Positions 37,801 to 46,507 of a DNA stretch of 64,000 nt are shown here, in pieces (the stretch's first letter is position 1; each line of letters opens with the position of its first letter). A model generated the notes under the pieces. The model did not search any database. It was not told where the DNA came from and was given only the letters and a program-made list of their open reading frames with translations. Where the stretch lies: positions 1,472,001 to 1,536,000 of the forward strand of contig CBDFIJ010000004.1 in the NCBI GenBank assembly GCA_965248055.1. The letters are read 5' to 3'. A program made the translations under genes and the position numbers. This stretch comes from Candidatus Multivoradales bacterium. Its GTDB lineage: Bacteria; Acidobacteriota; Thermoanaerobaculia; Multivoradales; JAHEKO01.

Positions 37801-38293
37801 TGCACCTCCAAGATGGCGGTTGCGCCATTTGGCTGTCGGGCGCCCCCTGGACATTACCGAGGCGGAAACTGACCCACCACCGACACAACAGTCGAAACTC
37901 AACGATGGCTGGAATGGATCGATCGACGCTTTCGACGGCACCTGGAGTCCGATCAACTCGTTTCCTTCTGAAATTACCCTCGACCTGCAGACCGTGGAGC
38001 CGGTCAACCGTCTCCGCTTGGGGGTTTTGCGGCATGAATCGGCCTGCGCTGACGTGCCCGCCTCGGTGGAGTTCTCTTATTCACTAGATCGTCGAAGGTG
38101 GATTGCGATGGAACCTCTGGTCGCAGAGTCCAACCCTGATTCCACTCTGTCTCCGAAGCGTCAGTGGCTTGACTATGACCTTCTCGGAAGGCCGATCCGT
38201 TGGGTTCGAGCCCGGCTTACCGCTCCAGTGAGCGTCTGCCTGCGCACCGGCGAGGCCAACCGAGTCTTGGTCGATGAATGGGTCGTCGAGTGA
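34868..38293 (+). CDS. Secreted GH2 beta-galactosidase (LacZ)-like protein with degenerate active site and C-terminal discoidin-like domain
   Basis: LSGEWRF, IQVPGSWQ, WSAESPNLYEL, RVGFR, EWFGRGPGASYSDRK. Catalytic motifs are altered. Confidence 0.8.
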   Translation: MRVRLLISVLGLSAVGAAVSAQTELPHWADPDVVSVNQEQGRPWLVPLGPEEEPDRWQMDLSGEWRFLLLDRAADVPSDLEASLARDLAWSTIQVPGSWQSQGVGNLELARSGNQNPLYGSAGAANPAGILLRDFTLAPGWQDRQTLLHVTRARSSITVLVNGVEVGYSENTAAGAEFNLTRNLQSGVNRLVLIVTQWSTSSEHSGVHWTFAGLLDEPLLISLPAVYLRDLSLDARYDPQTGSGTLNLRAWLRSFLPYSSEGYRIEIDLLDSNGRRVGRRFRRGVAVGAAREMTASLRLQLANVRSWSAESPNLYELEIRLVGEDQLVVQRSRDRVGFRLVTFTPTGLLINGRRETLRGVTLDADLPVRVVDSTDIEHHLHLLKNAGINALRLQSPLSQRWYDRIDAFGLYTFHDLRIPPSQGNVARTFERNVSAVELAKNHPSTLAWVWRDTGQPGASNFGAWVEAHDPTRPVLPNKQVRLASTPRAWIFDRQVRNSDALFVLWPFGSLLGNSGGGLGQLWRMVETQERAVGGFLPHWMASATPSGSDAVDRGLVDQNARPLPAYQEIADLYRTFRFTAIDLSTNTFAVTNDTHNTSTSGTEGQWKLRQDGAVVAGGRLPRLGGEPGATTEFRIGGLPDLLSGAQYHLTLELNSAVSDSADQETLARAQFELPTPGEPILNPVADLPPLTVETEGSGSRLVSREVEVAIDGTTGSLSEFSFRGQSMIDGLVRPSLWRKPTMLEQANGLAAIDRRLQSIFDGEPADWVGRRVTAGSHSAVSEYTVADEGLFRMQTTSHGTGAVELALHWFGEPGTPDPPRVGASIPLSPRAVSVEWFGRGPGASYSDRKSSAELGRWETSIPWKNPYVWDQAHGLRSELRWLVVWFSDATGLLIVTPSSASFSTGYQSGTPVLYLDGAHRGVGAERDNAIPSRAARIPPGEHRFTFLLLPIVVGQNPAQLAKNSWPNTEIAAAIHSPSAPPRWRLRHLAVGRPLDITEAETDPPPTQQSKLNDGWNGSIDAFDGTWSPINSFPSEITLDLQTVEPVNRLRLGVLRHESACADVPASVEFSYSLDRRRWIAMEPLVAESNPDSTLSPKRQWLDYDLLGRPIRWVRARLTAPVSVCLRTGEANRVLVDEWVVE

Positions 38294-38985
38294 CCACGAC
38301 AAAATCCAGAGTGCCGGTTTGGGCGCTGATCGTCACCGCCGCATTACCGACTCTCGCCGCCGCTGGGTACTTTTCATTGGCTGGGAAACAGGCCTGGATC
38401 GCGGTTGGCTACGGCGCAACCAAACTCTTCACTGTCGTATGGCCTTGGATCGCCAGTTGGTGGTGGCGACCGCCTGAACCCCGGCCCTCGATTGACCATC
38501 GGCGCTCCGCGCTTTTGGGAGCGGCTAGCGGGGCTCTCGGAGCGGCGGCACTTGTCGCTCTGTACTGGGGGCCAATCCATGCTGCAGCGGTTGTCGCAGC
38601 CCCGCAAATCGCGTCCAAAATCGAGATGCTCGGATTAGAAAACCGCTATTTGGCTTTCGCCCTATTCCTGTCTTTCCTTCATTCGGCGATTGAAGAGGTG
38701 TACTGGCGATGGTTCCTCTATGGTCACTTACAAACACGGACCTCCGAGCGATCGGCAACATCCATCGCCTCGCTCGCTTTCGCCGCTCATCATTTCGTGA
38801 TTTTGGCTTCCTTTACTTCCGGAATTTGGGTGGTCGTTGGAGGATTCGCGGTCGCTGCAGCGGGAGCACTTTGGTGTTTCTTGTACGCCAAGACCGGTTC
38901 CCTGTTGGGCAGTTGGATCAGTCATGTATTTCTCGACCTGGCCATTTTCTGGGTAGGTTTCGAGCTTCTTCGGCAAGTCAGCTAA
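38290..38985 (+). CDS. CPBP (Abi/CAAX) intramembrane glutamic protease
   Basis: EEVYWR, FAAHH, SWISH. Confidence 0.88.
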   Translation: MTTTKSRVPVWALIVTAALPTLAAAGYFSLAGKQAWIAVGYGATKLFTVVWPWIASWWWRPPEPRPSIDHRRSALLGAASGALGAAALVALYWGPIHAAAVVAAPQIASKIEMLGLENRYLAFALFLSFLHSAIEEVYWRWFLYGHLQTRTSERSATSIASLAFAAHHFVILASFTSGIWVVVGGFAVAAAGALWCFLYAKTGSLLGSWISHVFLDLAIFWVGFELLRQVS

Positions 38986-39032
38986 CAAAGAGGCAGCTTG
39001 TCTGCCGCCCAAGCCTGCTCTAGCATCCTGAT

Positions 39033-39875
39033 ATGCAATCCGATTCAAATCCATCCAAACATCCTTCAAAGGATGTGGGCTCAGAGGGGCAACAAAAAGC
39101 TCTGACCTATGCCGATTACTTAGCTGTCGAAGAGTTGCTGGCTCTCCAGAAACCAAAATCACAACCGGTGGAACACGACGAAATGTTATTCATCGTCATT
39201 CATCAGGCTTATGAGCTGTGGTTCAAGCAAATCTTGTGGGAATTTGACTATCTGACTGCAGCCTTAAGGGAGCAGCGCACTTTCGACGCCATGGCCACTC
39301 TTAAGCGGGTGCTTACCATTCTCAAGGTACTGGTTCACCAAATCGATATCCTCGAAACCATGACTCCGGTGTCATTTTCGTCATTTCGTACACGCCTGGA
39401 ATCGGCGAGCGGGTTTCAATCGGCGCAGTTTCGAGAAACCGAGATGGTGCTCGGCGCCAAGAATCCGCGCGCCTTGACTCCCTTTGAGGGCTCCGCCGCA
39501 GAACCCAGGCTCCGTCAGCGTTTGCAGCAACCTTCCCTGTGGGCGGAGTTTCTTCGTTACCTACAGCAGAGAGGGTTTTCGCTGCCCCAGTCGGCTCTTG
39601 AGCGGCCCACAGACGAAAGCACAGTGCCTGATTCTGGGGTTCAGGATGTTCTGCTCAAGATCTATCAATCGGAGCCGGACTTGCGCGACCTCTGCGAACG
39701 ATTGGTTGACCTGGATGAGGGTATTCAAGAGTGGCGGTATCGGCACGTAAAGATGGTTGAGCGCACTATCGGCGACCAAAAAGGCACCGGAGGTTCCAGC
39801 GGCGTCGACTACCTCAAGAGAACCTTGTTCCAACCGGTCTTTCCAGACCTGTGGCAGATCCGCGGACGACTTTAG
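39033..39875 (+). CDS. kynA: Tryptophan 2,3-dioxygenase
   Basis: HDEMLFIVIHQAYELWFK, ASGFQSAQFRE, WRYRHVKMVERTIG..GTGGSSG. Confidence 0.95.
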   Translation: MQSDSNPSKHPSKDVGSEGQQKALTYADYLAVEELLALQKPKSQPVEHDEMLFIVIHQAYELWFKQILWEFDYLTAALREQRTFDAMATLKRVLTILKVLVHQIDILETMTPVSFSSFRTRLESASGFQSAQFRETEMVLGAKNPRALTPFEGSAAEPRLRQRLQQPSLWAEFLRYLQQRGFSLPQSALERPTDESTVPDSGVQDVLLKIYQSEPDLRDLCERLVDLDEGIQEWRYRHVKMVERTIGDQKGTGGSSGVDYLKRTLFQPVFPDLWQIRGRL

Positions 39876-39896
39876 TCTGGTGAGGCAACCCTTTTG

Positions 39897-41099
39897 ATGT
39901 CCGCGCCAAGTTGGAAGGCCGACCTGGTCGCCCGCGACCCCAATCCTCTGGCGCGGTTCTACACTCGCTTCCGAGTGCAGGATCGCATCTTGCTCACCGG
40001 CCATTCTCACCAAGCTTGGCCCGATTGTGGATTTGAAGGACAAGCACAGGCATGGATCGACGCTGCAGAACAGGTGGACGACAAGTGGCAGCTGGCCGCC
40101 GCCCAAGCGGACGCGGTTCGAGCGGGATATCGACGCCTACTCAAAGACTCGGAGGGGCTCTATTCTCTGAGTGCTTCGACCCATGATCTGCTGGTTCGCT
40201 TGCTGTCAGCTCTAATCGTCCGCCCGAACGCCAAGATCCTCACCACCGATCGAGAGTTTTATTCAGCAACCCGTCAATTTTTGCGGCTGCGGGAAGCCGG
40301 GTGGACGATTGATTTCGTCGACGCCGATCCGGCGCAAGACGTAGGAGTACGGCTGGCTGAGAGCATCGACGATGCCACCACATGCGTCTATGTCTCTACC
40401 GTCTTTTTTCACAATGCGCAGATTGCCGGAGGTCTACGACGGCTCGCGGAAAAATGCCAACGCAGGGGTGTCCCTTTAATCTTGGACACCTACCATCATC
40501 TCAATGCGGTGCCCTTTTCACTCCGCAAACTCGGGGCAGAGCAGGCCTATATCGTCGGCGGTGGCTACAAGTACTGCCAATTGGGCGAGGGAAACGCCTT
40601 TTTGCGGTTCCCGCCAGACTGCAATCTTCGGCCCTTAATCACCGGATGGTTTTCTGATTTTTCTTCCCTGCCAGGAGATCCCACGCGGAAGATCGAGTAC
40701 GGGCAAGGAGGAGAGCGATTCGCCGGCGCGACCTACGACCCCACCAGCCACTATCGAGCGGCTCGAGTGTTCGAGTTTTTTCGCGATCAAGACTTGACGG
40801 TCGAACTTTTGCGGGAGATCAGTCAACGGCAAATCTCCCTGCTTGCGCGGGAGTTCGACGCCCTCGATCTCGACCCCAAAACCCTCGCCCGTGACCGCAC
40901 TGTCGACTTGCATCAAGTGGCGGGATTCCTCGCCTTGCGTAGCCCCCGAGCCAAAGAAATCCAAGCGCACCTTGCGCAGCAAGGGATCGCCACCGACAGC
41001 AGGGATACCACCTTGAGGCTCGGCCCAGCCCCTTACCTAAGCGAGAGCCAACTGAAGGATGCGGTCGGTGTGTTGGGTGAGATCGTTACGCGGCTATAG
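39897..41099 (+). CDS. kynU: Kynureninase-like PLP enzyme
   Basis: LLTGHSH, LDTYH, GGGYKYCQLGEG, ITGWF, LRLGPAPY. Adjacent to kynA. Confidence 0.8.
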   Translation: MSAPSWKADLVARDPNPLARFYTRFRVQDRILLTGHSHQAWPDCGFEGQAQAWIDAAEQVDDKWQLAAAQADAVRAGYRRLLKDSEGLYSLSASTHDLLVRLLSALIVRPNAKILTTDREFYSATRQFLRLREAGWTIDFVDADPAQDVGVRLAESIDDATTCVYVSTVFFHNAQIAGGLRRLAEKCQRRGVPLILDTYHHLNAVPFSLRKLGAEQAYIVGGGYKYCQLGEGNAFLRFPPDCNLRPLITGWFSDFSSLPGDPTRKIEYGQGGERFAGATYDPTSHYRAARVFEFFRDQDLTVELLREISQRQISLLAREFDALDLDPKTLARDRTVDLHQVAGFLALRSPRAKEIQAHLAQQGIATDSRDTTLRLGPAPYLSESQLKDAVGVLGEIVTRL

Positions 41100-41103
41100 C
41101 CGG

Positions 41104-41670
41104 TCAAGAAACTGCGACAGCGTCGGTACGCCACTGTTGTAGTTGGCCGAACAGCTCAGCCACGGAATCGAATTCATCACTGGGGAAATTCTCGGGATGA
41201 TCCCAAAACTCCGCTAATCCTTTGGCTCCGTGCTTCTCATAATGGGCCACCTTGAGCATCAACTGGAGCTTGTCGCAGTCTTTCACCAAGCGCGCCTCAA
41301 CGGTCTTTCGCTCTTGTAGCTCGGCCAGTAACTCTTGGGGCTCGGGGCCCAACGGATGAGTGAGTTCGCCGACCACCTTGCTTTCCGCCTCAGCTTTGGC
41401 CCCAGGACGAAAATACCGGTTGACCGTCGCCGGGAGATCGCCCAAACGCACCTCTCCGACGTCATGGAGTAGGGCCATGCTCAGCGCTCGCTCAAGGTTC
41501 AAGTCAGCGATGTTCTTTGCCAGCGCCAACACCAATACCGAGACGTGCCAACTGTGCTCAGCCACCGACTCGGAGTCGGGGACTCCCCGCAAAACGAATC
41601 CCATGCGCGGTACGCGGTCCAGGTGTTGGAGTTCAAAGAAGGTCTCCAGCAAGGTCTTATTTTGTTTCAA
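41104..41670 (-). CDS. HD-domain 5'-deoxynucleotidase (YfbR/HDDC2-like)
   Basis: VPRMGF, ESVAEHSW, LLHDVGE, DCDKLQ. Confidence 0.88.
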   Translation of the reverse strand: MKQNKTLLETFFELQHLDRVPRMGFVLRGVPDSESVAEHSWHVSVLVLALAKNIADLNLERALSMALLHDVGEVRLGDLPATVNRYFRPGAKAEAESKVVGELTHPLGPEPQELLAELQERKTVEARLVKDCDKLQLMLKVAHYEKHGAKGLAEFWDHPENFPSDEFDSVAELFGQLQQWRTDAVAVS

Positions 41671-42574
41671 GGTTCTCCCGCCTCGTTCTTTCCACCGACT
41701 CAGTCCAAACTTCTTCCACCGCCAATCGGATCGGTCGCTCCGGTTTCCATCCAAGATCGGTGAGTTTGGTGTTGTTGGCTCTCAGGACCGGAACATCGAC
41801 CGGTCGAAAACGCTCAGGGTCGATCTCCGGTTGTACGTCTACACCTGATGTAGCCAAGAGAAGGTCCAACATCTGGCGGATCGAAGTTGTCTCACCGCGA
41901 CCCATGTTGTAGATCTCACTGTCCTTCCCCTGCTCAGCGACAAGGCGAAACGCGTCGACGGCGTCCTCCACATGGACGAAATCGCGTTGGGCTTCCAAGT
42001 TGCCGACCCGTAGGGAATCCTGCCGTCCCGCCTGAATATCGGCGAGTTGGCTGGCGAAACTCGGCAGAACAAACTCCGCAGATTGGCCTCGGCCAACAAT
42101 GTTGAACGCGCGCATCACCATCGCTCCACGTTCCAGACAAAGCCGCTCGGCCGCCGCTTTGGACATCGCGTAAGGGCTACGCGGATCGGGAGTTCGGTCC
42201 TCGGATATTGGCTGCTCGGAAGCTGGAACCTTGCCATACACCTCAGCTGAAGAAGCAAAAACCACTCGTCGACCGGTAGCCGCTCGTAGCAAATTCTCGG
42301 TGCCGAGCACATTGACCCGGAAATAGGCGCCAATCTGCTTCCACGACATGCCGACGTGGGACAGGCCACCCAAGTGAATGACCACTTCTGGGTCGACTTG
42401 TTCAACCACTTTGTGGAGAGCGTCGGCGTCCAAGAGATTCGCTTCGATCTCGCCGTCTCGGAGCTTGCGCGAGCCCGCTGCGGAAGTGCCAACGACCAAA
42501 TCGCCCAGCTCCCTGAGCCGTGCGACTAGCCGGGTACCGATGAAACCGGAGGATCCGGTGACGAGAACGCGCAC
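41657..42574 (-). CDS. NAD-dependent epimerase/dehydratase (GDP-4-keto-6-deoxymannose reductase-like)
   Basis: VTGSSGFIG, SSAEVYG, PYAMSK, GNLEAQRDF. Confidence 0.88.
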   Translation of the reverse strand: MRVLVTGSSGFIGTRLVARLRELGDLVVGTSAAGSRKLRDGEIEANLLDADALHKVVEQVDPEVVIHLGGLSHVGMSWKQIGAYFRVNVLGTENLLRAATGRRVVFASSAEVYGKVPASEQPISEDRTPDPRSPYAMSKAAAERLCLERGAMVMRAFNIVGRGQSAEFVLPSFASQLADIQAGRQDSLRVGNLEAQRDFVHVEDAVDAFRLVAEQGKDSEIYNMGRGETTSIRQMLDLLLATSGVDVQPEIDPERFRPVDVPVLRANNTKLTDLGWKPERPIRLAVEEVWTESVERTRRENLETK

Positions 42575-42577
42575 TTA

Positions 42578-42847
42578 GTACTCCCTTCCACAAATACAGT
42601 GGCGTTTGCGGCAGGGTCTTGCGTGGCGAGGTTGGGGAGTGAGGAGAAGGCGATGCTGAGACATCGTAGACGACCAACGACCAAGAGATCGCCCGCAACC
42701 CCCTGCCGCCCGAGGGGTTGCAGTGGGACACCCCCATCTTCTGCGTTGCACCTCCTCGCCGATATCCCGTATCGACTCGTCGTCGCGCCTGGAATCCGGG
42801 GGCGTCGCGCTTGCAACAAACATCACTGTATTTGTGGAAGGAAGCAC
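42578..42847. mobile_element. MITE-like 270-bp element with about 30-bp terminal inverted repeats
   Basis: gtactcccttccacaaatacagtggcgttt ... aaacatcactgtatttgtggaaggaagcac. Flanks tta/cta. Internal hairpin gcaacccc..ggggttgc. Confidence 0.8.
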
Positions 42848-43828
42848 CTACGCAGGCTGTACGCGCGCTCGCCAGTAGTCCAAGGTGTCCTTGAGTGTCT
42901 TCTCAAAAGGAATCTCGGGCTTCCAGCCAGTTGCACGATGGAACTTGCTGTAGTCGCCCAACAAGACCTCGACATCGGAGGGACGTAACCGTTCTGGATC
43001 TACTTCCACTTGGACGTCAACGCTGGACATTGCCAGCAGGCGATCGAGCAGCTCGTGAATCGTGATCTCAATACCGCTGCAAAGATTGTAGACCTCTCCT
43101 GGCTCAGCTTTTTGGGTCGCCAGCCAGTAGCCACGCACCATGTCGCGGACGTCGGTGAAATCCCTAATCGCTTCTAGGTTGCCGACACGAATGACGGGAT
43201 CCCTGCGACCCGCCTCGATCTCTGCGATCTGCTTGGCAAAGTTGGAAGTCACGAACACTTCGCCACGACGGGGGCCGGTGTGGTTAAAACCGCGGGTCCG
43301 AATCGCCTTGGTGCCGTAGCTTTGGTGATACTGGTAGCCGAGAAAATCTTGCGCCACCTTGGACACCGCGTAGGGCGACAAAGGCCTCAGAGGGTTGGTC
43401 TCCTTGATCGGGACTTCGTCCGGCTTCACCAACCCGTACTCCTCGCTGGAACAAGCGATTTGCACCACGCTGTCGAGCTCCAACTCGCGCAACGCCTCAA
43501 AAATATGAATCTGGCCGATCACGTTGGTAGTCATGGTTTCCGACGGACCGGTCCAACTGGTGGGCACGAAACTTTGCGCCGCGAGATGAAAAATCACCTC
43601 CGGCCTCACCTTGGCCAAGCTCGCGTGTACCGAAGTGGAATCCCTGAGATCGGTTTCTACCAACTCGATCTGATCCCTGACTTGCTCCAGATTTTCCATT
43701 GGACTGCGCCAGCGATAGGTGCCGTACACCTCTACCTGTGGCTGCTCGGTGAGCAGATACTCCGCCAAATGCGATCCGGCAAAGCCGGTAATTCCTGTAA
43801 TTAAGGCTCTCAACCCAATACCTCCCAA
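42848..43828 (-). CDS. GDP-mannose 4,6-dehydratase-like
   Basis: ITGITGFAGSHL, HLAAQSFV, CSSEEYG, PYAVSK, FNHTGPRRG. Confidence 0.9.
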   Translation of the reverse strand: MGGIGLRALITGITGFAGSHLAEYLLTEQPQVEVYGTYRWRSPMENLEQVRDQIELVETDLRDSTSVHASLAKVRPEVIFHLAAQSFVPTSWTGPSETMTTNVIGQIHIFEALRELELDSVVQIACSSEEYGLVKPDEVPIKETNPLRPLSPYAVSKVAQDFLGYQYHQSYGTKAIRTRGFNHTGPRRGEVFVTSNFAKQIAEIEAGRRDPVIRVGNLEAIRDFTDVRDMVRGYWLATQKAEPGEVYNLCSGIEITIHELLDRLLAMSSVDVQVEVDPERLRPSDVEVLLGDYSKFHRATGWKPEIPFEKTLKDTLDYWRARVQPA

Positions 43829-43843
43829 ATACTCGTCCCGTGG

Positions 43844-46507
43844 TTAGAAATTTCTTAATCCGGAATCGTCGTTGTTGCCAAACCCAAAGTCGAGAAACCT
43901 GCCAATATGTTTTAGCGACACCGCGATTCTAAATTGCTGATCGCGAATCTCTTGACGTACGCCCTCTAAGAACCCCAGTCGCCGACTCTCGCGAAACTCC
44001 AACAATAGGCTGGTACACGCGCCACGATATTCGGCGATATACCGCTGTCTTTGAATATCTGGTTCCGCTGGACGGGTCGCAGTGGCCTCATTCGGGTCGA
44101 GGTCTAAATTGACCGAACCGCTAAAGCGAATGCGGTCCCGGAAAGCAGACAGCCCTACTTGGACCCCCAACTGATCTGATGAAGTGTCCCCAGCAACAAT
44201 GCCCTTGACGGGGTCATCGACAATAAAAAACTGTCGGTTCCAACTCAGGCCGATGTAGTTGCGCTTCAGTGCATCAAACCCGAGGGTGCCTGACACCGAG
44301 TAGTTCAAGACCTCGTCAGCCAATGGACTGTATTTCATGTCAGCCCGCAAACTGGTCACCCTTGAAGGGTTGAACCGATAGCGCAGAGAAATTGGCCCGG
44401 ACTGATCGAAAATTGTTTCTGGTACCGGCTCACCCACCGCCGGAGCTTTGAAGCGGAGAGTTTGTAGCGGCTGTTCCTCGTCAAAACTGTACGACTGCAA
44501 AAGTTCCAAAGACATGATCTCCCGAGTTCCCACTGCCCGCAGCTCACGCAAACCTCCCGTCGAACGATCGGAGTTAAATGGGTTGTCCGACTCGGTATCG
44601 TCCGTTTCTGCTACTTCTATATCTGCCACTTTCTCGGCAGTCGTGGTGTCTTCAACATCGCTGTCCTTATCATCGCCTTGCGCTAGATCCTCCGACTCAA
44701 GCCCATCTACTACCTCGTCGCCCTCTTCTTCCTCAATGATCGACTTGGGCTTGCCAATCAGCCGGTGAATGATGCTGAAGGTCGCCGTGTGACGATCGCT
44801 CACGGTATCGATCTCGTCAAACCGTGGGGTTCGGTCCCGATCCTCTTTTTCCACCTCGTCGGCAAATGAGTAGACCAGGCGCGGCTCAATCACATGTTTG
44901 AACTTTTCAAAGCTTCCAAAGCTACGGTCAAATACCTTGGAAAACGACGGCCCGACAAACTCCGCGCCGACACTCGGAACCAAACGTGACAAAGCATCGC
45001 CCTCGATCAAACCCACCGTCGAAACGTCCTCTGGTTGGTCGCTCGCCAGGATTTTGGTTTTTTGATACCAGGTACTGCGAGCGCCTGCGCGCAGGCTGAC
45101 CGAGAACCACGGCACGGTATCGATCGGCACCGTGATCTGTGGCTCAAGGTTAAGCCTTGCGTACTCGGTCGAACGTTTCTCTTTGGTCGGGTCGTCGAAT
45201 CTCTTCTCTGAGCTCAAATAGTGCGCTGCACCCTTGAGCTGAAAGTAGAGCGGAAGCTCGCCCACTTGCACCGAACGCAACCGATACTCGAACTCCGGCA
45301 ACTGGCGTTGAATCTGGGACGAATTGTCCAGCAATGTTTCCCGTTGATCTAGACGCAAATTCATCGAATGGGGGCCCCAGGCACCGGTCACGTAGGCCTT
45401 AGACTGCCAACTCCGTCGAGTGTTTCGGCCAAGATCTCGGTCAAAAGCGCGAAAGAATTCAATGTCAGAGAAATCGACGAAATCGATAAATCCACGCATA
45501 CCTCCGGGAAGATCGCTAGTCTCATGCTCGACGCGGATTCTATGTTGGGTTTCGCCTGCCACGCCGTCGTCAATAAAGCGTGCTCGAACGTAACCCCGGC
45601 TTCGCTGACTCGGGTGGTAACGAAACTCAGCACCGTAACCGAGAAAATCCTCACTGAAGAGATCGACTTGAACCGTCGCATCGTAGCTGGGTCCAAAGGT
45701 CTGAAACCAGGCCAGACCCAAATTGTCGCCGTGGATCTCCGAGTGAGAGTAGCTGGGCATCAACAGACCCGACGTACGCTTGCTCCTGACCGGAAAGAGC
45801 AGATACGGACTGTAGAACACAGGCAATTTTTTCGCGCGCATCGTGACGTTGGAGGCGCGAGCGTAGCCATCGACATTGATCTTCGCTTTGCCTGTGCGGA
45901 AGCTCCACGCCGGAACGTCGCCCTCACACGCGGAAAACAACCCATGGTCGACAACGTAGAGACCCTCTCCGGTTTTTTCCAAAAATTGGGCGCGAAAGTA
46001 CATATCGGGAACCAAGCTGGCGACGACTTCCTCCATGGTGCCGGTTCTGTCATTCAGGTCGTAGACCAACTTGGATGCTCCGTAGCGATTTGGCCCTTCA
46101 TCCAGCACCACATCGCCGACCGCAGTCACTATTCGAGTCGGCAGGTCGAAGTCAATTTGCTCAGCCTGGATCTTTAGGTTGCCGTAGGAAATCTCGACGC
46201 CGCCCAGAAAAACAATTGTGTTGTCTCCCCTGCGTATCACTTCGTCGGCGGCTCCCCGGATTTGGCCGCCGCCCTGCTCCTCGCTAATCGGCACCACAAA
46301 CTCGGTCTTCGGGTCCGGCGGTTCCAACTCCACCTCAAGCTCGGACGCAAGCAAATCGGATTCGTTCTCCGATTCCCCCGCATCCCCCGGTCGGGCCCTT
46401 TCTTGAGAACGGCCTTCCGGAGATCCCTCCCGCTCCTGGCCGTACCCGATCGCAGTCAGGCTTAGGAAACCGACCAAGAAAACCAGAAATCTCCCCCGTA
46501 CAGCCAT
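43844..46507 (-). CDS. lptD: LPS assembly protein LptD
   Basis: OstA-like N-domain (IQAEQI, AVGDVVL), FSACEGDVPAW, RTSGLLMP, KHVIEP. Confidence 0.82.
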   Translation of the reverse strand: MAVRGRFLVFLVGFLSLTAIGYGQEREGSPEGRSQERARPGDAGESENESDLLASELEVELEPPDPKTEFVVPISEEQGGGQIRGAADEVIRRGDNTIVFLGGVEISYGNLKIQAEQIDFDLPTRIVTAVGDVVLDEGPNRYGASKLVYDLNDRTGTMEEVVASLVPDMYFRAQFLEKTGEGLYVVDHGLFSACEGDVPAWSFRTGKAKINVDGYARASNVTMRAKKLPVFYSPYLLFPVRSKRTSGLLMPSYSHSEIHGDNLGLAWFQTFGPSYDATVQVDLFSEDFLGYGAEFRYHPSQRSRGYVRARFIDDGVAGETQHRIRVEHETSDLPGGMRGFIDFVDFSDIEFFRAFDRDLGRNTRRSWQSKAYVTGAWGPHSMNLRLDQRETLLDNSSQIQRQLPEFEYRLRSVQVGELPLYFQLKGAAHYLSSEKRFDDPTKEKRSTEYARLNLEPQITVPIDTVPWFSVSLRAGARSTWYQKTKILASDQPEDVSTVGLIEGDALSRLVPSVGAEFVGPSFSKVFDRSFGSFEKFKHVIEPRLVYSFADEVEKEDRDRTPRFDEIDTVSDRHTATFSIIHRLIGKPKSIIEEEEGDEVVDGLESEDLAQGDDKDSDVEDTTTAEKVADIEVAETDDTESDNPFNSDRSTGGLRELRAVGTREIMSLELLQSYSFDEEQPLQTLRFKAPAVGEPVPETIFDQSGPISLRYRFNPSRVTSLRADMKYSPLADEVLNYSVSGTLGFDALKRNYIGLSWNRQFFIVDDPVKGIVAGDTSSDQLGVQVGLSAFRDRIRFSGSVNLDLDPNEATATRPAEPDIQRQRYIAEYRGACTSLLLEFRESRRLGFLEGVRQEIRDQQFRIAVSLKHIGRFLDFGFGNNDDSGLRNF

